Positions 8,724 through 18,992 of a stretch of 64,000 nucleotides of DNA are shown here, piece by piece. The position numbers and the translations under genes were made by a program. Each line of letters opens with the position of its first letter. The first letter of the stretch is position 1. Location: sequence record SRR20825006_868; one strand, 5' to 3'. Below the pieces are notes generated by a model, which worked only from the letters and a program-made list of their open reading frames with translations, had not been told where the DNA came from and did not search any database.

Positions 8724-10718
8724 CTAAAAGGCTTTCGACACCGTGAACTTGATGTTCCGCCCAGCCGCCGGACGCGTAGAAAGGAGCGGCGTGTAATTAT
8801 GATCGAACAGGTTTTCAAACCCGAAGCGGAAGGATGTGTCCTTCAGGACACCTTCCTGCGGAGTGATCGTTGCGCGCAAATTGACAGTGGCAAAGCCTGG
8901 GGTCGTCGTGCCATTGCGGTCTGCTTCATCTGCCAGCACGAACTCGCTGGACAGATCGGCCAATCTCGATAAGCGCTTGCCGAGCGTGAGGCGCAGCGTG
9001 TTGGCTGGAGCATTCGTCCAATCCGCGACGGTGCTGTCTGCGCGGGTCTGTTCTGCATCAACGATATTGGCGTTGAGGTCAGCATAGTAGCCGTCGCGGC
9101 GGGCGTACGATCCTTCAAGCTCCAGCCCCTTGATTTCGATCGAGTCCACACCTGAGTAAGACGTGTTATCTTCCTGATCCGTGTGATAATAATTGGCCTT
9201 CATGGAAAGCGTATCATCCTGTCCAAGGACACCGATAAGGTCGTAGGATGCGCCGAACTCATAAGTCTTCCCGATCTCTGGCTGGCCCATATAGACCTCG
9301 TTCTCGAGGTCATCGAGAATGGGGAGGCTTTCCGTGTAAGCATAGCTTCCGAAGAGGGCGATGCCATTGTCAAACTGATAACGGAGCGATGCCCCGCCCA
9401 TGAGCGCGTCATTGTCATAACTCGCAGCGCTGCCATCATCGAGGGTCCCCTCGACTTCTGAGCTTTCAAATCGAAGGGCTGGTGCGAATGTCCATCCATC
9501 CAGAAAGTCGATCTGGTCGACTACGAACAGGGCGATGCGATTGTCTTCACCGCCTGGGGCCGAATTTGCATCAAGACGTTCTTTCTGGATGAACTCGATG
9601 CCCGTGCGCAAATCATGCACCAGAGCGCCTGTTTCAATATAGGCTGTGTTCTTCACGGTGAACTTCGTTGTCTCGTAGCGATGGTCGGCATCGACCGTGG
9701 CGAAGCATCCGAACGGGCCACTGCCGACAATACATTCCTGATCAATTTCCTGATTGGCGTAGGAATACACCGCATCAAGGTTCACCAAATCATTCGTGAT
9801 AGGATTGAAATTGTAGGCAAGCGATATCGTTTCGGACTTGGTGTCTCGATCCACATTTCCAAATGCGCCGCCGGTCGTACCGAAGGAGTCGTATGGTTTG
9901 TCCCGTTCGGTTGTCTCAGAATTGGTATAGCTGGCGCGCATGCTGTGGTCCCCGACCGTATAGCGGGCCTTCAGCAGATAGGAGGGCAGTTCAAATTCGC
10001 TGTTCTCAATGACATTGTCATTACCATCTTCCTGATTGTGTTGCTCGCGCCAGGAATAGTTCGCAAGGAGCTCAAGGTTTTCCGTGGGTTGGACTGCGAG
10101 CGTGCTGGAGGAGTTGAATCCGTCCATATTGGTTGCGCCGCCGAGGGTTTGACGGAAGGCGAGCCCCGTTTCGCCGCCCGTGAGGTCTGACGCATCGATC
10201 GTCTCAAGGCGCACAACCCCACCGATAATACCAGATCCGTACTCAAAGCTTCCGACAGTCCCGCGGATCACTTCGACGCTCTTGTAGAGATACGGATCGG
10301 TATAAAGCTGGGTGCCAATACGATAGAGTTCTTCCGAGCCCACGCTCGCGCCATCGACCTGAATTGCTACTTTCTGGTCAGTTCCGTAAGTGCCGTTGGC
10401 GCCAAAGCCACGAATATTGATCCCGGATCCGGTCGGGGTGGAGCCGTTTACGAGGGAGACGCCAGGAACGGAGTCAATCAGTTCCGCAACAGTGCCAGCT
10501 TGGCGGTCTTCTATTTCTTCTTGATCGACGACCGTGACTGGTGTGGCGGTGTCGGTCTGGACTTCCCTTTTACTCTCGCCGAGCGTCAGCGTGCCGAGGA
10601 ACTCCTCACTGTCAGTGTTCGCGTCTTCCTGCGCGGAGGCTGGTGCCTGAAGCATAATGATCGATACGATCGCTGTGGCCCCGAACAGGGCGGTTTTACG
10701 GTTTACGATGTGGTTCAT
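8724..10718 (-). CDS. TonB-dependent receptor (iron/heme-type)
   Basis: Signal peptide, plug SVPGV..INIRGFG..VEVIRG..GSGIIGGVV, C-terminal ENLFD..Y..GRNIKFTVSKAF. Confidence 0.92.
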   Translation of the reverse strand: MNHIVNRKTALFGATAIVSIIMLQAPASAQEDANTDSEEFLGTLTLGESKREVQTDTATPVTVVDQEEIEDRQAGTVAELIDSVPGVSLVNGSTPTGSGINIRGFGANGTYGTDQKVAIQVDGASVGSEELYRIGTQLYTDPYLYKSVEVIRGTVGSFEYGSGIIGGVVRLETIDASDLTGGETGLAFRQTLGGATNMDGFNSSSTLAVQPTENLELLANYSWREQHNQEDGNDNVIENSEFELPSYLLKARYTVGDHSMRASYTNSETTERDKPYDSFGTTGGAFGNVDRDTKSETISLAYNFNPITNDLVNLDAVYSYANQEIDQECIVGSGPFGCFATVDADHRYETTKFTVKNTAYIETGALVHDLRTGIEFIQKERLDANSAPGGEDNRIALFVVDQIDFLDGWTFAPALRFESSEVEGTLDDGSAASYDNDALMGGASLRYQFDNGIALFGSYAYTESLPILDDLENEVYMGQPEIGKTYEFGASYDLIGVLGQDDTLSMKANYYHTDQEDNTSYSGVDSIEIKGLELEGSYARRDGYYADLNANIVDAEQTRADSTVADWTNAPANTLRLTLGKRLSRLADLSSEFVLADEADRNGTTTPGFATVNLRATITPQEGVLKDTSFRFGFENLFDHNYTPLLSTRPAAGRNIKFTVSKAF

Positions 10719-10740
10719 GGACCCCTCCAGATAATACGTT

Positions 10741-10814
10741 AATGCAACTCAGTCGCAATGTGGGGTCGGGATAGCGCGTGGTAATCTGTTTTGCAAATGA
10801 AAATTATTCGCAAA
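10741..10814. promoter_or_regulatory. Two Fur-like boxes upstream of the TonB receptor
   Basis: aatGCAACTCAGTCGCaat (10741-10759) and aatGAAAATTATTCGCaaa (10796-10814). Confidence 0.6.
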
Positions 10815-10990
10815 ATGAGTCTTTTAGATCGTCACCTGCCAATTCGGGGTGTCGGCCTATCTGCCTGGAGGCAGATATTCACTCATATGCCGGCCATCTG
10901 GCGGCAACCCTGCCAGTCAATGAGGGATTGGGGCTGACATGTTGCGAATTGGAGTGGAGGGGAAACTTTCGAATACGTTATGCAAGTGGG

Positions 10991-13300
10991 CTAGCGCTTG
11001 AGAGATTTCAGCACGTCGAATGGGCTGCTCGTGGTCTCTTTAGCTGCCGGCTCGGGAGTTTTCCGAGGTGGCGCCTTGGGCGCCGGTTTGGGACGCGTGC
11101 CCGCTTGCGAGTCGGCGGACGACTTCATGCTCAGGCTGATCCGCTTTTGGTCTATATCCACTTCCAGCACGCGAACGCGCACAATGTCGCCAGCTTTGAC
11201 CACGTCGCGCGGTGACTCCACGAAGCGGTCTGCCAGTTGAGATATGTGAACGAGGCCATCCTGATGAACGCCAATATCTACAAAGGCGCCAAAGGCGGTG
11301 ACGTTTGTCACGACGCCTTCCAGATTCATACCGGGATTGAGGTCGCCGATTTCGTTGACGCCTTCCTGGAAGCTCGCGGTCTGGAAGTCAGGTCTTGGAT
11401 CGCGGCCTGGCTTTTCCAGTTCGGCGATAATGTCCCGGATTGTAGGAACGCCAAATGTCGCATCAGCGAAGTCAGCTGGGTTGAGTTGTGACAGGACTGC
11501 CTTGTTGCCGATCAGGGACTTCACCGATTGTTTCGTTGCCTTGGCGATGCGTTCGACAATTGGGTAGGACTCCGGGTGTACGGCGGATCCATCCAGCGGG
11601 TCTTTGCCTCCAACGATGCGCAGGAATCCAGCCGATTGCTCGAAACTCTTTGCGCCCATGCGCGGGACTTTCTTCAACTGTTTGCGTGTCAAGAACGGTC
11701 CATTCCGGTCGCGGAAAGCGACGATGTTGCTGGCCAGCGTCGTGTTAAGTCCGGAGACATGCGTGAGGAGGGGAGCGGAGGCTGTGTTGACGTCGACGCC
11801 AACCGCATTCACGCAATCCTCCACAACCGCGTCGAGCGAGCGGGCGAGTGCAGCCTGATCGACATCATGCTGGTACTGGCCGACGCCAATCGCTTTCGGT
11901 TCGATTTTGACCAGTTCGGCCAGCGGGTCCTGAAGGCGCCGTGCAATGGAAATTGCCCCACGCAAGCTGACATCCAGATTGGGAAACTCGTCAGCAGCTA
12001 GCTGTGAGGCCGAATAGACGGAGGCGCCAGCTTCCGACACCATGATGCTGGCCAGTTTCAGCTCCGGTGCTGCCTTACCCAACTCAGCAACCAGAGCGTC
12101 CGTTTCCCGGCCGGCTGTGCCATTGCCAACGCCGACAAGATCCACGCCGTGCTTGGAGGCAAGTCGCGTTATGATGGTCAGTGCGCCCGCGCGATCATTG
12201 CGCGGCGCATGAGGATAAATGGTGGCGGTATCGAGCAATTTGCCAGTCGCATCGACTACGGCAATCTTGCACCCGGTTCGGATGCCGGGATCAATGCCCA
12301 TGACCGTTTTCTTTCCGGCCGGCGCGGCGAGAAGCAAATCCTTGAGATTGTTGGAGAATACTTGGATCGCTTCTGCCTCGGCACGCTCCTTCAAACGGGC
12401 CAGCGAGTCAGAGGCACCGGATTTGGCAAGCTTGGTCGACCAAGCCTTTTCGGCGGTTTCCCGCATCCAGCGATCACCGATGCTACCCGATGCGTTAATG
12501 CCAAATTCCTGGCAGATTCGAGCGATTGCCTGACGCGGCGTATCAGCCTTGCGTGTCTGGATTCCGACCCCGACTTTCAGTACGCCTTCTTTCTCTCCGC
12601 GCAACATTGCGAGAGCGCGGTGGGACGGCATTTTCTCGAGCGGTTCAGCGAAGTCCGCATAATCCCGAAATTTGTCAGCCTGTTTGCCTTTGACCAGCCG
12701 TGAACTCAATTCACCCGCCTCCCAGACCTTTTCCCGGACGTGGCGGACGATGGATGGAGTTTCGACCATTCGTTCGATCAGAATGTCTCGGGCACCTTCG
12801 AGAGCTGCCGATACCGTTTCCACATCCTTGGTACTATCAACATAGGCAACAGCCAGTTTTTCAGGATCGCCTGCACATTTCAGGAGTGTTTCGGCCAAAG
12901 GCTCGAGCCCCTGTTCACGTGCAATTGTCGCCCGCGTTCGACGTCTCGGCTTGTATGGTCGGTACAGGTCTTCCAACTCGACCTTGGTTTCAGCATTCCA
13001 GATCGCACGCTCAAGCGGGCGCGTGAGTTTTTGCTGCTCACCAATGGACGACAGGATTGTTTCACGCCTTGCTTGTAGCTCTGTCAGATAGGTGTAGCGC
13101 TCTGCCAATTGCCGCAATTGAGTGTCGTCCAGGCCGCCCGTACGTTCCTTCCGATAGCGCGCGATGAAAGGTATGGTCGCGCCCTCTTCAATGAGCGCAA
13201 TCGCCGCCGCAACCTGCGCTTCGCGAACGCTGAGATCGCGGGCAATTATTTGAGCGATGGAAAAGGAAGCGGCGGATTCAGACAGCTTGACTGCAGGCAT
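10991..13300 (-). CDS. tex: Tex/YhgF family S1-domain RNA-binding protein
   Basis: ATIPFIARYRKE, GIDPGIRTGCK, SEAGASVYSAS, IGVGQYQHDV, S1 domain FGAFVDIGVHQDGLVHISQ. Confidence 0.96.
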   Translation of the reverse strand: MPAVKLSESAASFSIAQIIARDLSVREAQVAAAIALIEEGATIPFIARYRKERTGGLDDTQLRQLAERYTYLTELQARRETILSSIGEQQKLTRPLERAIWNAETKVELEDLYRPYKPRRRTRATIAREQGLEPLAETLLKCAGDPEKLAVAYVDSTKDVETVSAALEGARDILIERMVETPSIVRHVREKVWEAGELSSRLVKGKQADKFRDYADFAEPLEKMPSHRALAMLRGEKEGVLKVGVGIQTRKADTPRQAIARICQEFGINASGSIGDRWMRETAEKAWSTKLAKSGASDSLARLKERAEAEAIQVFSNNLKDLLLAAPAGKKTVMGIDPGIRTGCKIAVVDATGKLLDTATIYPHAPRNDRAGALTIITRLASKHGVDLVGVGNGTAGRETDALVAELGKAAPELKLASIMVSEAGASVYSASQLAADEFPNLDVSLRGAISIARRLQDPLAELVKIEPKAIGVGQYQHDVDQAALARSLDAVVEDCVNAVGVDVNTASAPLLTHVSGLNTTLASNIVAFRDRNGPFLTRKQLKKVPRMGAKSFEQSAGFLRIVGGKDPLDGSAVHPESYPIVERIAKATKQSVKSLIGNKAVLSQLNPADFADATFGVPTIRDIIAELEKPGRDPRPDFQTASFQEGVNEIGDLNPGMNLEGVVTNVTAFGAFVDIGVHQDGLVHISQLADRFVESPRDVVKAGDIVRVRVLEVDIDQKRISLSMKSSADSQAGTRPKPAPKAPPRKTPEPAAKETTSSPFDVLKSLKR

Positions 13301-13473
13301 GAACACTTGGGCCTTCGTAATTAAGACAGTTCCAGAAAAAGAGGTGGTAAGCCGAAGCGATACCGCTGCCTTGCATCTTGGAGATCAAGGTTAACCAAAT
13401 GTTGCGAAGAGCGGAATGGGATGTCATTCGCGCCATCTTTCGCAGCGCTGAAGTCTTGCTCTACAATTTGCCA

Positions 13474-13498
13474 AACCCGGCCTTGTTCAGGCCGGGTT
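13474..13498 (-). terminator. Probable terminator after ald
   Basis: AACCCGGCCT-tgttc-AGGCCGGGTT hairpin about 70 nt downstream of the ald stop. Confidence 0.5.
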
Positions 13499-13568
13499 CG
13501 TATGGGGGGCAAGTTCCGCGACGATGGTCGCCATAAGTGCCGTAAATCTCAGGATATCCGGCTTGACG

Positions 13569-14660
13569 TCATATGAGGCCAGCCATCGCCGCGACAATTT
13601 CGGGATGGACAATGTCACCATGGGCTACATTGATGCCGGCATGCAGATGTGGATCGGTCTTCACGGCTTGTTCGGTGCCCAAATCGGCCAGCGCCATCGC
13701 ATAGGGCAGGGTGGCGTTTGACAGGGCGATTGTGGATGTTCGGGCAACTGCTGCTGGCATATTGGTAACGCAATAGTGGCAGACACCATCAACATTGTAG
13801 ACGGGTTCGTCATGTGTGGTCGGACGGCTGGTTTCGAAACAGCCGCCTTGATCAATGGCGATATCCACAACCACTGATCCGGGCTTCATCATCGAGATTT
13901 GTTCGGCTGAAACGACCTTTGGCGCAGCCGACCCGGGAAGCAGGACAGCCCCGACCACCAAATCAGCGGTCAGAAGTGAAGCTTCGATCGCAGCCGACGT
14001 GGAGTAAAGACAGCGGGCGCGACCCGCGAAGAATGCGTCCAGTTCCCGAAGACGATCAAGTGAGCGGTCGAGGATGGTGACATTTGCTCCCAGCCCGACG
14101 GCCATTTCCGCCGCATTCCGTCCTGCGACGCCACCTCCGATGACGAGTACCTTGCCTGGAGCGACGCCGGTAACGCCACCCAATAGTGTTCCCGAGCCAC
14201 CTTGAGCTATTTCAAGATACTTGGCGCCAGCCTGAACTGACAAGCGTCCGGCCACTTCACTCATTGGGGTAAGCAAAGGCAAGCGTCCAAACCGGTCGGT
14301 TACTGTTTCATAGGCAATGCAGGTAGCGCCCGACTTCAAAAGTCCGCGGGTCTGTTCAGGGTCTGGTGCCAGATGAAGATAGGTGAACAGCGTGTGTCGT
14401 GGTTGCAGGCGCGCGATCTCAATTGGTTGAGGTTCTTTCACCTTGATGATCATATCGGAAGAGTCGAACAATTCGTCCGCGTTCGTGGAAATTGTGCAGC
14501 CTGCCGATTCATACAGTTCGTCAGAAAACCCAACCATTTCGCCCGCGCCGGTTTCGACGAATACGGAGTGACCCGACCGTACGAGTTCCTGGGCGCCTTG
14601 TGGCGTCAGGCCCACGCGATATTCACGGTTCTTGAGTTCTTTTGGGGTGCCAATACGCAA
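13569..14660 (-). CDS. ald: Alanine dehydrogenase
   Basis: [57 protein letters not shown]. Confidence 0.96.
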   Translation of the reverse strand: MRIGTPKELKNREYRVGLTPQGAQELVRSGHSVFVETGAGEMVGFSDELYESAGCTISTNADELFDSSDMIIKVKEPQPIEIARLQPRHTLFTYLHLAPDPEQTRGLLKSGATCIAYETVTDRFGRLPLLTPMSEVAGRLSVQAGAKYLEIAQGGSGTLLGGVTGVAPGKVLVIGGGVAGRNAAEMAVGLGANVTILDRSLDRLRELDAFFAGRARCLYSTSAAIEASLLTADLVVGAVLLPGSAAPKVVSAEQISMMKPGSVVVDIAIDQGGCFETSRPTTHDEPVYNVDGVCHYCVTNMPAAVARTSTIALSNATLPYAMALADLGTEQAVKTDPHLHAGINVAHGDIVHPEIVAAMAGLI

Positions 14661-14704
14661 GTCAACAATCCTTTGAAATGTGGGTCCGATATTTGAAGTA
14701 GGTT

Positions 14705-16024
14705 CTAGAAGTTCGCGACCAGATTTACGCGAAGTCGCTGTTGCCAGTCGTCGGTGGCGAACGGGAGGAGGATTTCATCCTTGAGCCGATACGCATACAG
14801 GCTCGTATTCATCTGGAGGTGCTCGCTGAGTGCGTAGGAGAACGAGTATGCGTGCTGAAGATAGTTGCTGGCATATGGTATGTTATCTTGCGCAAAGGCC
14901 GCGAATACCGAGTCGGCTTCTGCGACATGATAGCCATATCCGAAACTATAGGTTCCTGGCGCGCTCGCCTGTCCAAGCGATGCGGAGACTGAATAGCCTG
15001 TATCATAGTCGTCCGCACCGAGATTGCGAACATATTCAGCCTTGATTTCCAGTGGCCAGCGATCTCCAAAGCCGGAAAAGGACGCTTCCGTCATGATATT
15101 GAGAAGATCAAAATCGGACAGATAAGTGCCTGAACCATCAAGCAAGTTGGTGCGTGTATCACCGGAGTCTGCTGTGCCAACCGCCTCGATTTCATAGTCG
15201 TAATATCCGGCTGCAAATCCGAACTCCCACGCTTCGCTGGCTTTTTGATCGAGGGTGAGCTGAAATCCGGATGCTGTGCTGTCTTGGGCGGCGGTCGAAC
15301 GCTCAATCGGGAAAAACAGCGCGCTACCCCCGATACGAGTCGAACCATTGTCGAGAGCCGCGTAGCGGGCTGCCAAGCCTTGCGGGTTCACATCGCCATC
15401 CCAGACGAGATCCGTGCGCCGGAATGGGTTCGCAAATTTTCCGCCCAGCACGGACAATTTGCCGAACGTCTTGATGCCGTAAACTTGGTCCAGGCTTACC
15501 TCAAGATCGTCATTGAAGTTGGAGAGCGAAACGTCGGTTGAATTTGGATCGTCAGGATCTCCAGTGACGAGCCTGGCACCAAGTTCGAGAGTAGGTGACG
15601 CGGCATATGTGGCCGCGATACGCCCACGCACGACGCCGCGCGCATCATCGCGTTCGTCGCCATCAGACGAGTTATGCTCATATCTGAGGCGCATATCGCC
15701 ACTTATGTTGAGATTCCCAGTCGGGGCGGCAGGACGCGTATCTGCGACCGTGGCTTCTGCCACGTCAACGGGGGACGTGTCCCGGTCGCTTGTTGCAAGC
15801 TTGGCTGGCACATTTGTCGCGTCTTTCAGCATCCGCTCAAGGCGCGCCAGTCGTTCGTCCTGTAAGCGTAGTTTTTCCTGCAGCTCGGCGATGAGAGCTG
15901 CTGGATTATCCGTTGCGGCGTCCTGGGCCAGTGCGGCCATTGGCACCGTCGCAGAAGCGATAGCCATGATAGCGCTGGCTTTCAGGAGGTGAAATTTTGT
16001 CGAAACCGTATTCGGGTAGAACAT
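14705..16024 (-). CDS. Putative outer-membrane porin (Porin_5-like) with N-terminal coiled coil
   Basis: Signal peptide, SGDMRLRYE, DLVWDGDVNPQG, terminal RVNLVANF; start overlaps gabD stop. Confidence 0.75.
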   Translation of the reverse strand: MFYPNTVSTKFHLLKASAIMAIASATVPMAALAQDAATDNPAALIAELQEKLRLQDERLARLERMLKDATNVPAKLATSDRDTSPVDVAEATVADTRPAAPTGNLNISGDMRLRYEHNSSDGDERDDARGVVRGRIAATYAASPTLELGARLVTGDPDDPNSTDVSLSNFNDDLEVSLDQVYGIKTFGKLSVLGGKFANPFRRTDLVWDGDVNPQGLAARYAALDNGSTRIGGSALFFPIERSTAAQDSTASGFQLTLDQKASEAWEFGFAAGYYDYEIEAVGTADSGDTRTNLLDGSGTYLSDFDLLNIMTEASFSGFGDRWPLEIKAEYVRNLGADDYDTGYSVSASLGQASAPGTYSFGYGYHVAEADSVFAAFAQDNIPYASNYLQHAYSFSYALSEHLQMNTSLYAYRLKDEILLPFATDDWQQRLRVNLVANF

Positions 16025-17496
16025 CAGATTCCCCCCATCGCGATATACTTCACATTCAGATAGTCATCGAGGCCGTAGCGAGACCCCTCGCGCCCGATGC
16101 CGGATTCCTTGACGCCTCCGAAAGGTGTTGCCTCTCCTGAGATCGCAATATCGTTCAATCCAACCATGCCGACTTCCAATTGCTCAGCGACACGCCAGGC
16201 GCGCGAAAGCTTTCGGGTCCAGAAATATGCGGCGAGCCCATAAGGCGTATCATTGGCCAATGCGATGGCGTCTTCGTCGTTTTCGAAAACGAGAACCGGC
16301 GCAACTGGGCCAAAAATCTCAGTGTGTGCGATGTCCATATCCGTTGTGACATCGCACAGGATGGTAGGCGGCATGAAATTTCCGACGTCTGAGGAGTGAC
16401 GAGACGTGGACACTGTCGCGCCCTTTTCGACAGCGTCTGCTATCAGAGCCTGAACCTTGTTCTTAGCGGCGGTGTTGATCATTGGACCCATGTCAGAAGA
16501 TGGATCGAGTCCGTCCCCAACATTCATGGCCTCTGCCGCTGCCACGAATTTATCAAGGAATGCGTCCTTGATGGACGTGTGTAATAAAATGCGATTGGCG
16601 CAGATGCATGTTTGTCCAGCATTGCGAAACTTTGCGACCAGCGCGCCTGCAACGGCTGCATCGATGTCTGCATCATCGAACACGATGAGGGGCGCGTTCC
16701 CACCCAGTTCGAGTGACATGCGTTTTACGCTGTCCGCGCTCTGTTGCATGAGCAGTTTCCCCACGCGCGTAGATCCGGTGAAGGAGATCTTGCGAACGAG
16801 TGGATGGCTGGTCAGTGTCTGGGCAACGGGCGCTGGATCTTTCGAAGTGATGACCTGGAAAACGCCGGCTGGGAAACCGGCATCCTCTGCCAGGCATTCC
16901 AGTGCCAGCGCTGACAAGGGCGTTTCATCGGATGGCTTCAGGATGATCACGCACCCGGCGGCCAGTGCAGGCGCAGCCTTGCGGGTTATCATGCCGCTCG
17001 GAAAGTTCCACGGCGTAATGGCGCCGACAATTCCCACGGGCTGCTTGATGACGAGCTGTCGCCGGGAGGACGCGCTGGTCGGTATCACATCACCGTAAGC
17101 GCGTTTGGCCTCTTCAGCGAACCATTCAATATAGCTGGCATTAAACGTCACTTCCCGGCGGGCTTCTGCCAAAGGCTTGCCCTGTTCGAGTGTCAGTATT
17201 TCGCCAAGTTCTTTTTCTGATGCGAGAATAAGGTCATGCCACCGCCGCAGTATCGCTCCGCGTTCTCCCGCCGTCAGCCCGGCCCATGCAACCTGTGCAT
17301 CATTTGCCAGCGCAATCGCTTTTTCCGTTTTCGGCGCGCCCAGATCCGGCACTTTTGCCACAATGGATCCGTCTGCGGGATTGGTCACGGTAAATGATTT
17401 TTCCACAGACGATGCGGCTATGCGCTCCTTCAATCGGTGCAGCAGAGCATTCGACGTCGCTACGGAGTCCGCAGTCGGGACTTGCATGACGGACAT
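16024..17496 (-). CDS. gabD: NAD(P)-dependent succinate/glutarate-semialdehyde dehydrogenase
   Basis: ITPWNFP, SFTGST, LELGGNAP, FRNAGQTCIC, EIFGP, PFGGVKESGIGREG. Confidence 0.92.
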   Translation of the reverse strand: MSVMQVPTADSVATSNALLHRLKERIAASSVEKSFTVTNPADGSIVAKVPDLGAPKTEKAIALANDAQVAWAGLTAGERGAILRRWHDLILASEKELGEILTLEQGKPLAEARREVTFNASYIEWFAEEAKRAYGDVIPTSASSRRQLVIKQPVGIVGAITPWNFPSGMITRKAAPALAAGCVIILKPSDETPLSALALECLAEDAGFPAGVFQVITSKDPAPVAQTLTSHPLVRKISFTGSTRVGKLLMQQSADSVKRMSLELGGNAPLIVFDDADIDAAVAGALVAKFRNAGQTCICANRILLHTSIKDAFLDKFVAAAEAMNVGDGLDPSSDMGPMINTAAKNKVQALIADAVEKGATVSTSRHSSDVGNFMPPTILCDVTTDMDIAHTEIFGPVAPVLVFENDEDAIALANDTPYGLAAYFWTRKLSRAWRVAEQLEVGMVGLNDIAISGEATPFGGVKESGIGREGSRYGLDDYLNVKYIAMGGI

Positions 17497-17497
17497 G

Positions 17498-18871
17498 TCA
17501 TGCGACTCCCAAGCGGGCAGCCGTTTCCGAAAGGCCGGCAGACGCGATGTCGATCAGTTCGTCTATTTCAGCATGCGTGATGGTAAGCGGAGGGCAGATC
17601 ACCATTGCCTGTCCGACGGCACGCATGATCAGGCCTTTATCGAGGCATATGTCACGACAGATATTCGCCGCATTGTCTTCAGCCGTGAAGTGTTCGCGTG
17701 CTTCCCGTGACTTGATGAGCTGAAGACCGGCAATCAGGCCAGCTCCGCGTACTTCACCAATGATTGCATGTTCATTAAATAGCTGCTGGAGCCGTGCGTG
17801 CAGATAGGGGCCTAAATCATTCTTTACGCGATCCACCAAGCCTTCGCGTTCGATAATGTTGATATTGGCATGCGCAACCGCGCAAGCGACGGGGTGTCCG
17901 GAATAAGTGTAGCCATGAGAGATGGGACCACCTTCATTGATGGTCTCAAATATCTCATCGCTGAAAGCCACCGCAGAAATCGGCAGATAGCCGGATGACA
18001 TGCCTTTGGCCATCGGCATGATGTCAGGCTGGACACCATAGTGCTGGCATCCAAACCATTCCCCCAGACGTCCAAAACCACAGATGACCTCGTCTGATAC
18101 CAGAAGGATATCATGCTTGCGGCAGATCTTCTGAATCTCGGGCCAGTAATTGGGAGGTGGGTCGATGACGCCACCAGCGCCCTGAATTGGTTCGCCGATG
18201 AATGCGGCGATATTGTCTGCTCCAACTTCGAGAATTTTTTCTTCCAATGCATGCGCTGCCCGGAGACCAAACTCCTCGGGGCTCATATTCCCTCCGTGAG
18301 CGTACCAGTGGGGTTCCATGATGTGCTCGAAGCCAGGAAGCATGGATGATCCCATATCATGCATGTGCTTCATGCCGCCGAGGCTGGTCGCGGCAAGCGT
18401 GCTGCCATGATATCCGAGATGACGGCCAATGAATTTGTGTTTCTTTGGCTTGCCGCGGACGTGCCAATAGTGGCGTGCCATGCGGATTACGGTGTCATTC
18501 GCCTCGGATCCGGAATTGGCGAAAAAGAAATGGTTGAGGTTCCCCGGTGCGATCTCTGACAGTTTTTGCGCAAGTTCGATCTGGCTAGGCGTCGAGCTTT
18601 GAAAGAACGAATTGTAGAATGGCAATTGCTCCATCTGCGCGGTCGCAACATCAACCAATTCCTGGCGACCATACCCGACATTCACACACCAAAGGCCAGC
18701 CATCCCATCTAGGATCTTGTTGTTGTCGCTGTCATAAACATAACAGCCGTCTGCGCTCGTTATGACGCGCACGCCACGTTCTGCGAGTGTTTTTGGATCG
18801 CAGAACGGGTGTATGTGGTGAGAGGCGTCCATGGCCTGCCACTGGGCTGTATTCCGATGCGCGATCGCCAT
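17498..18871 (-). CDS. Class III omega-amine/diamine:pyruvate aminotransferase (SpuC-like)
   Basis: LDGMAGLWCVNVGYG, NSGSEAND, YHGST, GEPIQGAGG, DEVICGFGR, PLP lysine in MAKGMSSGY, HGYTYSGHP. Confidence 0.92.
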   Translation of the reverse strand: MAIAHRNTAQWQAMDASHHIHPFCDPKTLAERGVRVITSADGCYVYDSDNNKILDGMAGLWCVNVGYGRQELVDVATAQMEQLPFYNSFFQSSTPSQIELAQKLSEIAPGNLNHFFFANSGSEANDTVIRMARHYWHVRGKPKKHKFIGRHLGYHGSTLAATSLGGMKHMHDMGSSMLPGFEHIMEPHWYAHGGNMSPEEFGLRAAHALEEKILEVGADNIAAFIGEPIQGAGGVIDPPPNYWPEIQKICRKHDILLVSDEVICGFGRLGEWFGCQHYGVQPDIMPMAKGMSSGYLPISAVAFSDEIFETINEGGPISHGYTYSGHPVACAVAHANINIIEREGLVDRVKNDLGPYLHARLQQLFNEHAIIGEVRGAGLIAGLQLIKSREAREHFTAEDNAANICRDICLDKGLIMRAVGQAMVICPPLTITHAEIDELIDIASAGLSETAARLGVA

Positions 18872-18949
18872 TGTGCGTCCCTTTCAATTGTTTGAACCCA
18901 TGTTGGGCTCAGGCGGTGGAAGGGAGAAGATGACTAAACCGATTGGAGT

Positions 18950-18966
18950 GGTGCGGTTTCAGCACC
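18950..18966. promoter_or_regulatory. LysR-type box 1 (GGTGC-N7-GCACC)
   Basis: ggtgcggtttcagcacc; GATGA half-site at 18929 (-21). Confidence 0.8.
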
Positions 18967-18992
18967 GATGGTGCATGACCAATGCGATGTGA

